From contig OZ220089.1 of NCBI GenBank assembly GCA_964291625.2, positions 4,512,001 through 4,576,000 of the forward strand: a DNA stretch of 64,000 nucleotides, written 5' to 3'. This stretch comes from Candidatus Latescibacterota bacterium (GTDB lineage Bacteria; Latescibacterota; UBA2968; UBA8231). The notes beneath the pieces were generated by a model. That model was not told where the DNA came from. It was given only the letters and a program-made list of their open reading frames with translations, and ran no database searches. How positions within the stretch are numbered: the stretch's first letter is position 1; each line of letters begins with the position of its first letter. Of the stretch, positions 19,168 to 29,451 are shown in pieces. Made by a program: the position numbers and the translations under genes.

Positions 19168-20751
19168 TCACTTGAGCAGGGTCACCCGTCCCGCTGCGAT
19201 GAACCTCTCGCCGCAGACGAGGCGGTACACGTAGGTGCCGCTGGCCGCCGGGCGCCCCGTGCCGTCGCGGCCGTCCCAGGCGACGGCGTAAGCGCCTCCG
19301 CTCACCATCTCGTCGAAGAGGCGGCTCACCCGCCGGCCCGTCAGGTCGTGGACGTCCAGCCGCGCCGCCTGGCGCACCCCCTCCGGCACGGTGAAGCGGA
19401 TCGTCGTAGAGGGGTTGAAGGGGTTGGGAAAGGCCCGGTCCAGGGAGAAGCCCTCGGGCCGGGAGACGGAGAGCTCGCTGACGGCGGTGAGGTCGGGGCC
19501 GGTGTAGCGGATCACGTAGATCGCCCCGGAGTTGCGGTCCTCGTAACCGAGCCCGCCGCGGTTGGAGATGTCGGAGACGTAGAGCCGGTCGCCCGAGGAG
19601 AGCAGCCCGTCCAGGTGGCCCACGGCGGGCTCCTCGTTGCTGATGAAGTGGAAGTACTCCCGCGTCTCCAGGTCGACGTAGACCAGGGGGTTCTCCTCGT
19701 TGGCGCGGCCCCCCCGGAAGAACTGGCCGTGGAAGCCGACGAAGAGGCCGTTGTTGAGTCCGGGCGGGAACCCGGGCGGGGCGAAGGCGATCTCGTTGGG
19801 GCCCTCGGCCTCGGAGCCGGTGGCCGGGTCGGGCAGGGGCAGGAAGGCGACCAGGGGCGGGATGGCGCCGCCGCCGACGAACTCGCCGGTGCGGTAGGCG
19901 ATGTAGTGGTCGGGGAAGCCGAAGTCCTCGATCTCGCCGCCGATCTGGTCGTTGGGAATCATGTTGATCTCGTCGGCGCTGTGGGCCTCGATGGCGTTCT
20001 GCAGCCCGTCGATGCCGTTGTCCTCGAAGTAGAGGTCTCCCGTCTCGGGATGGAAGGCGAGCCCCGAGGCCGAGCGCAGGCCGGTGGCGATCTGGATCAC
20101 CTCGGCGTCGCTGATCGTCTCGCCGTCGAAGCGGAAGGTGAGGCGGTGGATGGCGTCGCAACCCAGGTCGGCGGAGAGGCCGAAGTCGCTGACGAGGGGG
20201 CGGGTCTGGGTGGTCCTGGCGAAGTTGACCGCCGAGCCGAGGGGGAAGAACAGCTCGTATCTCTCCCCGACCTGCCGCGCCGCCAGGGCCGAGTTCGGGT
20301 GCAGGAGCGAGGCGTCGTTGAGGTCGATGCGGCCCACCTGGGTGATCTCGTAGTCGGGCGCCGGGCCCATGCGCAGGATGAGGATCGGCTGCCCCTGGCC
20401 GGTGACGAAGAGCAGGTCGCCGGCCCGGTCGAGGGCCGTGGGACCGCCCACGGCCAGCTCCTCCTCGAGCCGGATCCAGCGGTCGGCGATGGCGTCGCCG
20501 TCGTCGTCGACGAGGCGCAGGAGGCTCCCCGAGGCGCTGCCGAAGAGGGTGGGGCCGTTGGCCACGGCGGTGAGGATCGAGCCGTCGTCCAGCTCGGCCA
20601 TGCCCACGGGGAAGTTGAGGCCGCCGGCGTAGGTGGTGATGGTGAAGTCCTCCGGCTTCACCCGCGGGTCGCCGCCGATCTCGAACTGGGCGCCGGCGGG
20701 CCCCGCCAGAAAGACGGCGGCCGTCAGGAGGGAGAGGGAGAGAGGGTGCAT
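19168..20751 (-). CDS. Glucose/sorbosone dehydrogenase-like beta-propeller with FlgD-Ig/T9SS-like CTD
   Basis: Signal peptide MHPLSLSLLTAAVFLAGPAGA; ATGLRSASGLAFHP.TGDLY...NG.D; DEIN; DFGFP; AFPNPFNPSTTI...WDGRD. Confidence 0.75.
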   Translation of the reverse strand: MHPLSLSLLTAAVFLAGPAGAQFEIGGDPRVKPEDFTITTYAGGLNFPVGMAELDDGSILTAVANGPTLFGSASGSLLRLVDDDGDAIADRWIRLEEELAVGGPTALDRAGDLLFVTGQGQPILILRMGPAPDYEITQVGRIDLNDASLLHPNSALAARQVGERYELFFPLGSAVNFARTTQTRPLVSDFGLSADLGCDAIHRLTFRFDGETISDAEVIQIATGLRSASGLAFHPETGDLYFEDNGIDGLQNAIEAHSADEINMIPNDQIGGEIEDFGFPDHYIAYRTGEFVGGGAIPPLVAFLPLPDPATGSEAEGPNEIAFAPPGFPPGLNNGLFVGFHGQFFRGGRANEENPLVYVDLETREYFHFISNEEPAVGHLDGLLSSGDRLYVSDISNRGGLGYEDRNSGAIYVIRYTGPDLTAVSELSVSRPEGFSLDRAFPNPFNPSTTIRFTVPEGVRQAARLDVHDLTGRRVSRLFDEMVSGGAYAVAWDGRDGTGRPAASGTYVYRLVCGERFIAAGRVTLLK

Positions 20752-20795
20752 CGGCTTCCTTTCGCGGGGGCGCGGCCATCCGCTGCGGGCGCCCG

Positions 20796-22238
20796 TCATC
20801 GAAGCAGGGTCAGCTTGAAGGTGCGTGATTCGGCCGTCGTCCGCACGCGCGCCAGGTAGACGCCGCTGGCCGCCGGCGCGCCCCTGTCGTCGCGGCCGTC
20901 CCAGCGGGCCTGGTGCTCTCCCGCGGCGAGCCGGGAGGAGACCAGGGTGCGGACCCGCCGGCCGGCGGCATCGTGGACGGCGAGGTCGACCGGACCTCCC
21001 CGCGGCAGCGACCAGGTGATCGTGGTGGAGGCGTTGAAGGGGTTGGGATAGCCCCTGAGCAGGGTCGGGGCGTCGGGGGAGGGCGGGGGGCCGGAGACGG
21101 CCGTCGGCTCGCCGAGAGCGTCGATCCAGCGCGAGACGATCCGCACCCCTTCCTCGTCGACGAGCCCCGAGGCCAGGGGCGGCATGCGCCGGTCGTCGAG
21201 GGCCAGCATGCGCAGGACGAGGACGGAGCCGGCCCCGTCGCCGGGCCGGAGGATGCGCCGGTCGAAGCCGTCCACGCCGAGGTTCGGGGGCGCGTTGACG
21301 ATGCCGGCGGCCTCGAGCGCCGTCTCGTAGCGCAGGTCGATCTCGGTGCGCCGCAGGCCCCCCGGCCGGTGGCAGTTGGCGCAGTTGGCGGCCAGGTAGG
21401 ACCGCGCCCGCCCGGACAGCGAGGCCGAGTCGTCGGCGGGGTCCTCCCACCGCGGGAACTCGTCGAAGCCGCCGCCGATGTCCTCGGTGAACAGGCCGAG
21501 GCGGTTCCAGGTCTCCAGCTGGTGGGCGGAGACGCCTCCGTAGTCGTGGAAGCCGTTGAGCTGGGCCGTGCGCACGCCGAGCACCTGTCCCACCTGCGCG
21601 GTGTGGCAGCGGCCGCAGTCCTCGGTGGCGGGGAAGACGTAGTCCACGTGGGCGCGGCCACCGGGGGCGGCGGGATCGACGATCTCGTAGCGTGACGTGC
21701 CTCCCGGGATCAGCAGCTCGGCGTCGGTGCCGACCTCGTTCCAGCGGTAGCTGAAGCCCTCCCAGCGCTCGCTGTCGCCGGCCTTGATCAGCAGCCGCGT
21801 CTCCACGATCCGCCGCGACGAGGGGTCGCCCCGCACCATGTCGAGGTAGAAGCTCTTCACCAGGACCGTGTTGGGCGGGAACCGCCAGGGGCCGCCGCGG
21901 GAGAACTCGATCTGCGACAGGCCGGGAAGGGCGAGGTAGCGGACCTTGTGGGCCCCGTCCGACCACAGGGGCGAGTTGACCGAGAACGGGACCAGTCCCG
22001 GCGACGGGGTCCGGGACGGAATGTCGCTGTAGAGGCCCGTGGCGGAGATGGTGGAGGGGGGCGGCCCGGCGGCCAGGTCGACGAGGAGGCTGGTGTTGGC
22101 GGCGCGCTCCTCGTGGCCGGCCTGGGCCCGGGCCTCGGCGGTCGTCACCAGCGCCGCCGCCGTCCAGAGCAGGAGGGCCGGCGCCGACCGGGCCCGGGCG
22201 CCGCCGGCGGGTCTCCCCGCCGGCCGGCGAGTGCGTAT
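20796..22238 (-). CDS. Diheme c-type cytochrome (SO2930-like) with FlgD-Ig/T9SS-like CTD; start uncertain
   Basis: CGRCH and CANCH heme motifs; NSPLWSDGAHK, FPPNTVLVKSF, ETRLL, RMPPLA; GYPNPFNASTTI CTD. Confidence 0.8.
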   Translation of the reverse strand: MRTRRPAGRPAGGARARSAPALLLWTAAALVTTAEARAQAGHEERAANTSLLVDLAAGPPPSTISATGLYSDIPSRTPSPGLVPFSVNSPLWSDGAHKVRYLALPGLSQIEFSRGGPWRFPPNTVLVKSFYLDMVRGDPSSRRIVETRLLIKAGDSERWEGFSYRWNEVGTDAELLIPGGTSRYEIVDPAAPGGRAHVDYVFPATEDCGRCHTAQVGQVLGVRTAQLNGFHDYGGVSAHQLETWNRLGLFTEDIGGGFDEFPRWEDPADDSASLSGRARSYLAANCANCHRPGGLRRTEIDLRYETALEAAGIVNAPPNLGVDGFDRRILRPGDGAGSVLVLRMLALDDRRMPPLASGLVDEEGVRIVSRWIDALGEPTAVSGPPPSPDAPTLLRGYPNPFNASTTITWSLPRGGPVDLAVHDAAGRRVRTLVSSRLAAGEHQARWDGRDDRGAPAASGVYLARVRTTAESRTFKLTLLR

Positions 22239-22303
22239 CTTCTCCGACCGGTGACGACGATGGCGGACACGACCGGCAGGCGGGTGCTTCGGGAGGGAAG
22301 GCG

Positions 22304-22846
22304 GTGAGCGTCGAGGCGTCGGACCGTTCGCGCACCGACGGCAAGGGGCGCACCCGCTGGGAGCTGAACGAGCGGATCGGCGAGCGGCTCTCACGCCTGG
22401 CCGACTACCTCGTCATCGGCGGCTACGAGGAGTCGCACGCCACGGTCTACAAGCGCCTGTCGTACACCGTCAGCCGCTGGCCCGAGTCGCTGGAGAGACT
22501 GAGGCACGAGGGTCGGCTGAAGGAGCTGCCGAGCGTGGGCCCCACGATCCAGGCGCTCCTAACCGAGCTGGTCGACACCGGGACCTGCGCCAAGTGGGAG
22601 GACTGGAAGCGGCGGGTGCCCGAGTCGGTCCTTGAGTTGCGCGACATCCCCGGTCTCGGCGCGAAGATGGTCCGCACCCTCTTCCTGGAGTTGGGCATCG
22701 ACGGGCTCGAGGCCCTGGAACGGCGGCTGGAGGCGGGCGGACTGGACGGGGTGAGGGGGTTGGGAGGCAAGCGTCTGACGAGCATCCGCCGGCACCTGGA
22801 GGCGCGTCGGCGGGGCGAGGTCCGGCATGCGCACGGCGCCGGGTGA
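22304..22846 (+). CDS. Helix-hairpin-helix protein resembling the N-terminal (8 kDa + fingers) part of DNA polymerase X
   Basis: N..IGE.L..LADY......YKR; LKELPSVGPTI; LRDIPGLGAKMVRTLFLELGI; GVRGLGGK. Confidence 0.75.
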   Translation: MSVEASDRSRTDGKGRTRWELNERIGERLSRLADYLVIGGYEESHATVYKRLSYTVSRWPESLERLRHEGRLKELPSVGPTIQALLTELVDTGTCAKWEDWKRRVPESVLELRDIPGLGAKMVRTLFLELGIDGLEALERRLEAGGLDGVRGLGGKRLTSIRRHLEARRRGEVRHAHGAG

Positions 22847-22851
22847 CGCCG

Positions 22852-22983
22852 TCAGGTGCGGTTGCGCAGGATGTAGTAGATGACGCCGGCGATGGCGAAC
22901 AGGTAGAGGGCGTTGAATTCGAAGAAGTAGATGGCGGCGACCGCTCCGATGGCGGCCATGATCCGCTGTTCGCGAGGGTTCAA
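22852..22983 (-). CDS. Small hydrophobic membrane protein (43 aa), not in the ORF track
   Basis: AAGGAGG RBS 5 nt before TTG; MNPREQRIMAAIGAVAAIYFFEFNALYLFAIAGVIYYILRNRT*; mostly G/C third positions. Confidence 0.7.
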   Translation of the reverse strand: MNPREQRIMAAIGAVAAIYFFEFNALYLFAIAGVIYYILRNRT

Positions 22984-23068
22984 CGGCACCTCCTTCGAGC
23001 GAGAAGGCGAAGGTGAAAGAGGATGGAGCTAAGTATCCGACCCCGCCGGACCGGCGGCAAATGAGAGG

Positions 23069-23605
23069 GTGGCGGTGAGCGACCACGGCCGGCCGGAGCG
23101 CGGCGACTACTACATGGGCATCGCCATGGCCGTGAGGGCCCGCGCCGACTGCCTCGGCAACCGCATCGGGGCCGTCCTGGTGCTGCAGGACCGCATCATC
23201 TCCACCGGGTACAACGGTACCCCCGCCAACATGACCAACTGCACCGAGGGAGGCTGCGTCCGCTGCGCCGACCGCGAGCGCTTCGTCTCGGGCCGGGCCT
23301 ACGACATCTGCATCTGCGTCCACGCCGAGCAGAACGCCCTGCTCGCGGCGGCGCGCTTCGGCATCGCCACCGAGGGCGCCGTCCTCTACTCGACGATGCG
23401 CCCCTGCTTCGGGTGCACCAAGGAGCTGCTCCAGGCGCGCATCTCCTCCGTTCACTACCTGCACGACTGGGTCTATCCCGACGACGAGATGCAGGAAAGC
23501 TACCTCGACCTGCAGTCCTGGTTCCCCGACGGCGTGCACCGGGTGGAGATGGCCGACCCCGACGCGGTCTGGGCCGTCTCCCGCCGGCGGGAGGCCTCGG
23601 GGTGA
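23069..23605 (+). CDS. dCMP deaminase / ComEB family deaminase
   Basis: IISTGYNGTP, HAEQNA, PCFGC. Confidence 0.9.
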   Translation: MAVSDHGRPERGDYYMGIAMAVRARADCLGNRIGAVLVLQDRIISTGYNGTPANMTNCTEGGCVRCADRERFVSGRAYDICICVHAEQNALLAAARFGIATEGAVLYSTMRPCFGCTKELLQARISSVHYLHDWVYPDDEMQESYLDLQSWFPDGVHRVEMADPDAVWAVSRRREASG

Positions 23606-25125
23606 ACCGGCTCGCCCTCCCCCTCCTCCTGGCCCTGGTGCCAGCGGCCCCGGCGGCGGCCGTGGAAGTGCCGCTGCCGTCGCGTCCCGTCACCCTCGAC
23701 GGCGACCTGCGAGAGTGGGGGGAGGCCGCCTGGATCCCGGTCGAGCCCGCCGCCGACGGGGTCGGGCTGCGGGGTGTCTTCGCCGACGCTCTCGACCACG
23801 AGGCGGTGGTCCTCGTGCAGTGGGACGCCCGCCACCTCTACGTGGCCGCGGCGGTCCACGACGACACCCTCGACGCCGGCCGGGTCCCGCCCGCCGAGCG
23901 CGAGTGGCACGGGCCCGCCGGCGAGCGTAAGGACCGCATGTTCTACTACGACCACATGAAGCTCTTCGTCCGCGAGCCCGGGGCCGACGCCGGCTACAAC
24001 CTGTGGCTCGCCCCTCCCGGCGGCGGCGAGGACGGCTCCCGCCCGTACTGGTGGGGCGGCCGCCAGCGCCGGGCGCCGGCGGAACGCCCGCCGGTGGAGG
24101 TGGCCTCCCGGGTGCGGGGCCGGGCGCGCAGCTTCGAGATGGCCATCCCCTGGACCTGGCTCGGCGCCTGGCCCCAGCCCGGCGACGAGTTCGACGCCCT
24201 CTTCCTCTTCGTCGACGCCGACCAGCCGGGACGGCCGGTGGGCGGCAAGATCGGCAGCGGCCGGGACCGCTGGATCTGGTGGCAGGGGAAGCTGGTGCTG
24301 CGCGGGAGTCCGGAGGGGCTGCGCCCGCGGCCGACCCCCGAGGACAAGGTCATGGAGAGACCGGTGGCGGTCGCCGCCGAAGAAGCCCTCGACCCGCGGG
24401 TGCGGCAGGCGATCGAGCGCTCGCGGCGGGTCGAAGCGGCGGCCGACACGGCGGCAGACGATCCGGCTCCCCGGGAGGCCTCCGCGCCGCCGGCCGCCCC
24501 CCGGACGACGGTGGCGGCCGCGGCGCCCGCCCCCGCGGCCGACGCGCCGTCGACGGGCGGCGGGACCGTCACGGCCGCCGGCGGCCAGGACGGCGGGCAG
24601 CTGTCGCTGCGGGCGCGCCTGAACCGCCAGCTCCTCGCCCGCCGGGCCGCCTCCCGGGCGCCGGACTGGATTCGCCGGCTGGAGCGCAGCCCCGGGCTCT
24701 CGGAGGCCCAGGTCGACTCCTACTACACCGTCCTGCGCCGGCACCTGCAGCGCATCGTCGTCGGCAAGCTCAGCGTCCGCGTCGACATCCTCGTCGTCGA
24801 CATGGCCGCCGCCGCCGGCGGCGGCCGCATCGAGGCGCGGCGGTTCCTGGTGGACCTGCTGAGGAACCTGGAAGGCCGGGAGGACGAGGAGGCCCTGGCC
24901 TGGTACGCCCGGGCCGCCGAGAGCCTCGATCTGCAGGCCGGAGCCGTGCGGGCCTTCGTGGAGGCCCTCGGCTCCCGCAGCCGCAGGATCTTCGAGGAGC
25001 GGCGGGCGTCGACCTCCGAAGAGCTGTTGCGCAAGGCCGCCGGCGAGGCCGACCTGTCCCCGCCCCAGGCGCGGCAGCTCCTGGGAGCCCTGGCGCGGAT
25101 CGAAGGCGGGATCGTCGGCTGGTGA
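23602..25125 (+). CDS. Secreted protein with N-terminal CBM9/DOMON-like domain, Ala/Pro linker and helical C-terminus
   Basis: GTGA coupling; signal peptide; LDGDLREW, WDARHLYVAAAVHDD, FEMAIPW. Confidence 0.6.
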   Translation: MNRLALPLLLALVPAAPAAAVEVPLPSRPVTLDGDLREWGEAAWIPVEPAADGVGLRGVFADALDHEAVVLVQWDARHLYVAAAVHDDTLDAGRVPPAEREWHGPAGERKDRMFYYDHMKLFVREPGADAGYNLWLAPPGGGEDGSRPYWWGGRQRRAPAERPPVEVASRVRGRARSFEMAIPWTWLGAWPQPGDEFDALFLFVDADQPGRPVGGKIGSGRDRWIWWQGKLVLRGSPEGLRPRPTPEDKVMERPVAVAAEEALDPRVRQAIERSRRVEAAADTAADDPAPREASAPPAAPRTTVAAAAPAPAADAPSTGGGTVTAAGGQDGGQLSLRARLNRQLLARRAASRAPDWIRRLERSPGLSEAQVDSYYTVLRRHLQRIVVGKLSVRVDILVVDMAAAAGGGRIEARRFLVDLLRNLEGREDEEALAWYARAAESLDLQAGAVRAFVEALGSRSRRIFEERRASTSEELLRKAAGEADLSPPQARQLLGALARIEGGIVGW

Positions 25126-25163
25126 GCGCCCGGGGCGGAGAAACCGCGCACTCGAGGAGAGGC

Positions 25164-26794
<1,631 letters not shown>

Positions 26795-26798
<4 letters not shown>

Positions 26799-27247
26799 TC
26801 GGAAGTCCCGCCGAAGGCCGGGTGGAGCAGATCCTCCTCTACCCCGAGCGCCGGGGGCCGGCCCGGGAGTGCGAGGAGGCGGTCGCCGTGGCCGGCGTGG
26901 GGCTGGCGGGGGATCACCGCCGCAACCCGTCCCGCGCCGTCACCCTGCTCTCCGTCGAGGCCTGGGAGGAGGCGATGGCGGCGGTGGGCGCCGACCTGCC
27001 GCCCCGGGCGAGGCGCGCCAACCTCGTGGTCCGCGGCCTCGACCTGGGTTCGCTCGTCGGCCGCAGGCTGCGCATCGGCGGGGCCGAGGTGGCCGTGCGG
27101 GGCGAGACGGTGCCCTGCGAGCGGATGGACCTGCAGCGCGCCGGCCTGCAGGAAGCGCTGAGGCCGGCCATGCGCGGCGGCGTCTTCGGCCCCGTGGAGC
27201 GCAGCGGACCCATCCGGCTCGGCGATGCGGTCTCCGTCGTGGAGTGA
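26795..27247 (+). CDS. MOSC domain protein
   Basis: GLAGD, RAVTL, RRANLVVRG, PCERM, RGGVF...SGPIRLGD. Confidence 0.85.
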
Positions 27248-27251
27248 GGGT

Positions 27252-27280
27252 TTGACATTCTCCGGCAAGGGCGGCATACT
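27252..27280 (+). promoter_or_regulatory. Sigma70-type promoter of the thrS leader
   Basis: TTGACA (27252-57), 17-bp spacer, CATACT (27275-80). Confidence 0.75.
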
Positions 27281-27317
27281 AGATCGCATCGCAGCCATGA
27301 CCGAAGGAGCCACCTGC

Positions 27318-27440
27318 ATGTCCCGGGAGAAGACGACGGCGGACGGAGCATCGCGCCGCGAGACCACCACCACCCCCGGGACGACCACGCCCGTCACGGG
27401 TACCCGTGACCGACATCCGACGGTGGACCCTCCGGGATAA
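27318..27440 (+). CDS. Thr-rich leader peptide (40 aa) of the thrS operon
   Basis: GAAGGAG RBS 8 nt upstream; MSREKTTADGASRRETTTTPGTTTPVTGTRDRHPTVDPPG*; 12 Thr codons; directly upstream of thrS. Confidence 0.85.
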   Translation: MSREKTTADGASRRETTTTPGTTTPVTGTRDRHPTVDPPG

Positions 27441-27463
27441 GCGATTCCCGACCGAAGACTTCC

Positions 27464-27506
27464 GAGAGAGCCCGCTGTCGAATCCGACCGGCAGCGGGCT
27501 TTTCTC
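27464..27506 (+). terminator. Attenuator terminator hairpin
   Basis: AGCCCGCTGTCG(27469-80)/CGGCAGCGGGCT(27489-500) 12-bp stem, 8-nt loop, followed by TTTCTC. Confidence 0.8.
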
Positions 27507-27526
27507 ATGACCCACAGGAGCAGGGA

Positions 27527-29449
27527 GTGAAGATCCGGATCCGCGAACAGGAGGTGCTGGAGCACGAGGGGGGCGGCCACCTCAAGGAGATCCTCCTCGA
27601 GCACGACCGCAAGCTGCTGCGGGAGTTCGTCGCCGCCCGCCGGGGGGAGGAGTGGGTCGACTTCCACACGGAGCTCGAGGCCTCCGACGAGGTCGAGCTC
27701 GTCCCCTGGGAGGCCGACGAGGCGGCGTGGGTCTACCGCCACAGCCTGTCCCACGTCATGGCCCAGGCCGTGCGGCGGCTCTTCCCCGAGGCGCGGCTGG
27801 CCATCGGACCGGCCATCGACGACGGGTTCTACTACGACTTCGACGTGCCCGAGCCCTTCAGCGCCGAGGACCTGGGCCGCATCGAGAAGGAGATGAAGCG
27901 GGTGGTCCGCCAGAACCACCGCTTCGAGCGCGAGGAGGTCAGCCGCGACGAGGCCCGGGACCGCCTCCGGGACGAGCCCTACAAGCTGGAGATCCTCGAC
28001 GAGTTGGAGGACGACGAGTCCCTCACCTTCTACCGCGACGGCGACTTCGTCGACCTCTGCCGCGGCCCCCACGTGCTGAGCACGGGACAGGTCCGCCACT
28101 ACAAGCTGCTCAGCGTGGCCGGCGCCTACTGGCGCGGCGACGAGGGCAACAAGATGCTGCAGCGCATCTACGGCACCGCCTTCGCCAGCCGCGAGGCCCT
28201 CGACGGCCACCTGCGCATGCTGGAGGAGGCGAAGAAGCGGGACCACCGCCGCCTGGGGCGCGAGCTGGAGCTGTTCTTCTTCGACGACGAGGTCGGCCCC
28301 GGCCTGCCCCTGTGGCAGCCGAAGGGGACGGTCCTGATCGAGGAGCTGGAACGGCTGGCGAAGGAGACCGAGCGCGAGGCCGGGTACCTGCAGGTGCGCA
28401 CCCCCCACATCTGCAAGGACTCGATGTTCGTGCGCAGCGGCCACCTGCCCTACTACGCCGAGTCGATGTTCCCGCCCATGGAGATGGAGGGGGTGAAGTA
28501 CTACCTCAAGCCGATGAACTGCCCCCACCACCACAAGGTGTTCGCCTCGGCGCCGCGCAGCTACCGCGACCTGCCCCTGCGCCTGGCCGAGTACGGGACC
28601 TGCTACCGCTACGAGCAGTCGGGGGAGCTCTTCGGGCTGATGCGGGTGCGCTCGATGCAGATGAACGACGCCCACATCTACTGCACCCTCGACCAGTTCG
28701 AGGAGGAGTTCCTCGCCGTCTGCCGCATGTACCTCGGCTACTTCGAGCTCTTCGGCATCGACAAGTACGTCATGCGCCTCAGCACCCACGACCCGGCGGA
28801 TCTCGGGAAGAAGTACGTCGACGAGCCGCAGCTGTGGCTGGAGACCGAGGAGAGGGTGCGCCGCGCCCTGGCCAACGGCGGCATCAACCACGTCGAGGTG
28901 GCGGGGGAGGCGGCCTTCTACGGCCCCAAGATCGACGTCGAGGTCTGGAGCGCCATCGGCCGCGAGTTCTCGATCGCCACCAACCAGGTCGACTTCGCGG
29001 TGCCGGCCCGCTACGGCCTCGCCTACACCAGCGCCGAGGGCGCGGAGGAGACGCCGATCTGCATCCACCGGGCGCCGCTGGGTACCCACGAGCGCACCAT
29101 CGGCTTCCTGATCGAGCACTACGCCGGCGCCTTCCCCACGTGGCTGGCGCCGGTGCAGGCGGTGACGCTGCCCATCGCCGAGCGCCACGGGGAGTACGCC
29201 GAGACGGTCCGTCAGGCCCTGGCCGCCGCGGGTGTCCGTGTCGAGCTGCAGGCCGATCAGAGCCTGAACTACCGCATCCGGGCGGCGCAGAAGCAGAAGG
29301 TCCCGTACATGCTGGTCCTCGGCGACCGCGAGGTCGAGGACGGCAAGGCGGCCGTGCGTCTGCGCAGCGGCGAGAACCTCGATCCCATGGCGGTGGACGA
29401 GGCGGTGGCCCTCATCGCTGGCCGCATCGCCTCGCGGGCCCCGGAATAG
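27527..29449 (+). CDS. thrS: Threonine--tRNA ligase
   Basis: HSLSHVMAQAV, DLCRGPHV, GAYWRGD, KRDHRRLG, KPMNCPHH, AFYGPKID. Confidence 0.97.
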   Translation: MKIRIREQEVLEHEGGGHLKEILLEHDRKLLREFVAARRGEEWVDFHTELEASDEVELVPWEADEAAWVYRHSLSHVMAQAVRRLFPEARLAIGPAIDDGFYYDFDVPEPFSAEDLGRIEKEMKRVVRQNHRFEREEVSRDEARDRLRDEPYKLEILDELEDDESLTFYRDGDFVDLCRGPHVLSTGQVRHYKLLSVAGAYWRGDEGNKMLQRIYGTAFASREALDGHLRMLEEAKKRDHRRLGRELELFFFDDEVGPGLPLWQPKGTVLIEELERLAKETEREAGYLQVRTPHICKDSMFVRSGHLPYYAESMFPPMEMEGVKYYLKPMNCPHHHKVFASAPRSYRDLPLRLAEYGTCYRYEQSGELFGLMRVRSMQMNDAHIYCTLDQFEEEFLAVCRMYLGYFELFGIDKYVMRLSTHDPADLGKKYVDEPQLWLETEERVRRALANGGINHVEVAGEAAFYGPKIDVEVWSAIGREFSIATNQVDFAVPARYGLAYTSAEGAEETPICIHRAPLGTHERTIGFLIEHYAGAFPTWLAPVQAVTLPIAERHGEYAETVRQALAAAGVRVELQADQSLNYRIRAAQKQKVPYMLVLGDREVEDGKAAVRLRSGENLDPMAVDEAVALIAGRIASRAPE

Positions 29450-29451
29450 CC

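Noticed and set aside
27290-27526. T-box riboswitch for thrS
   Set aside because: No recognisable T-box consensus (AAnnnGGGTGGnACCGCG) or stem I AG/GNUG motifs; the GGTGGACC at 27422 is only a partial match and a Thr-rich ORF with RBS explains the leader better
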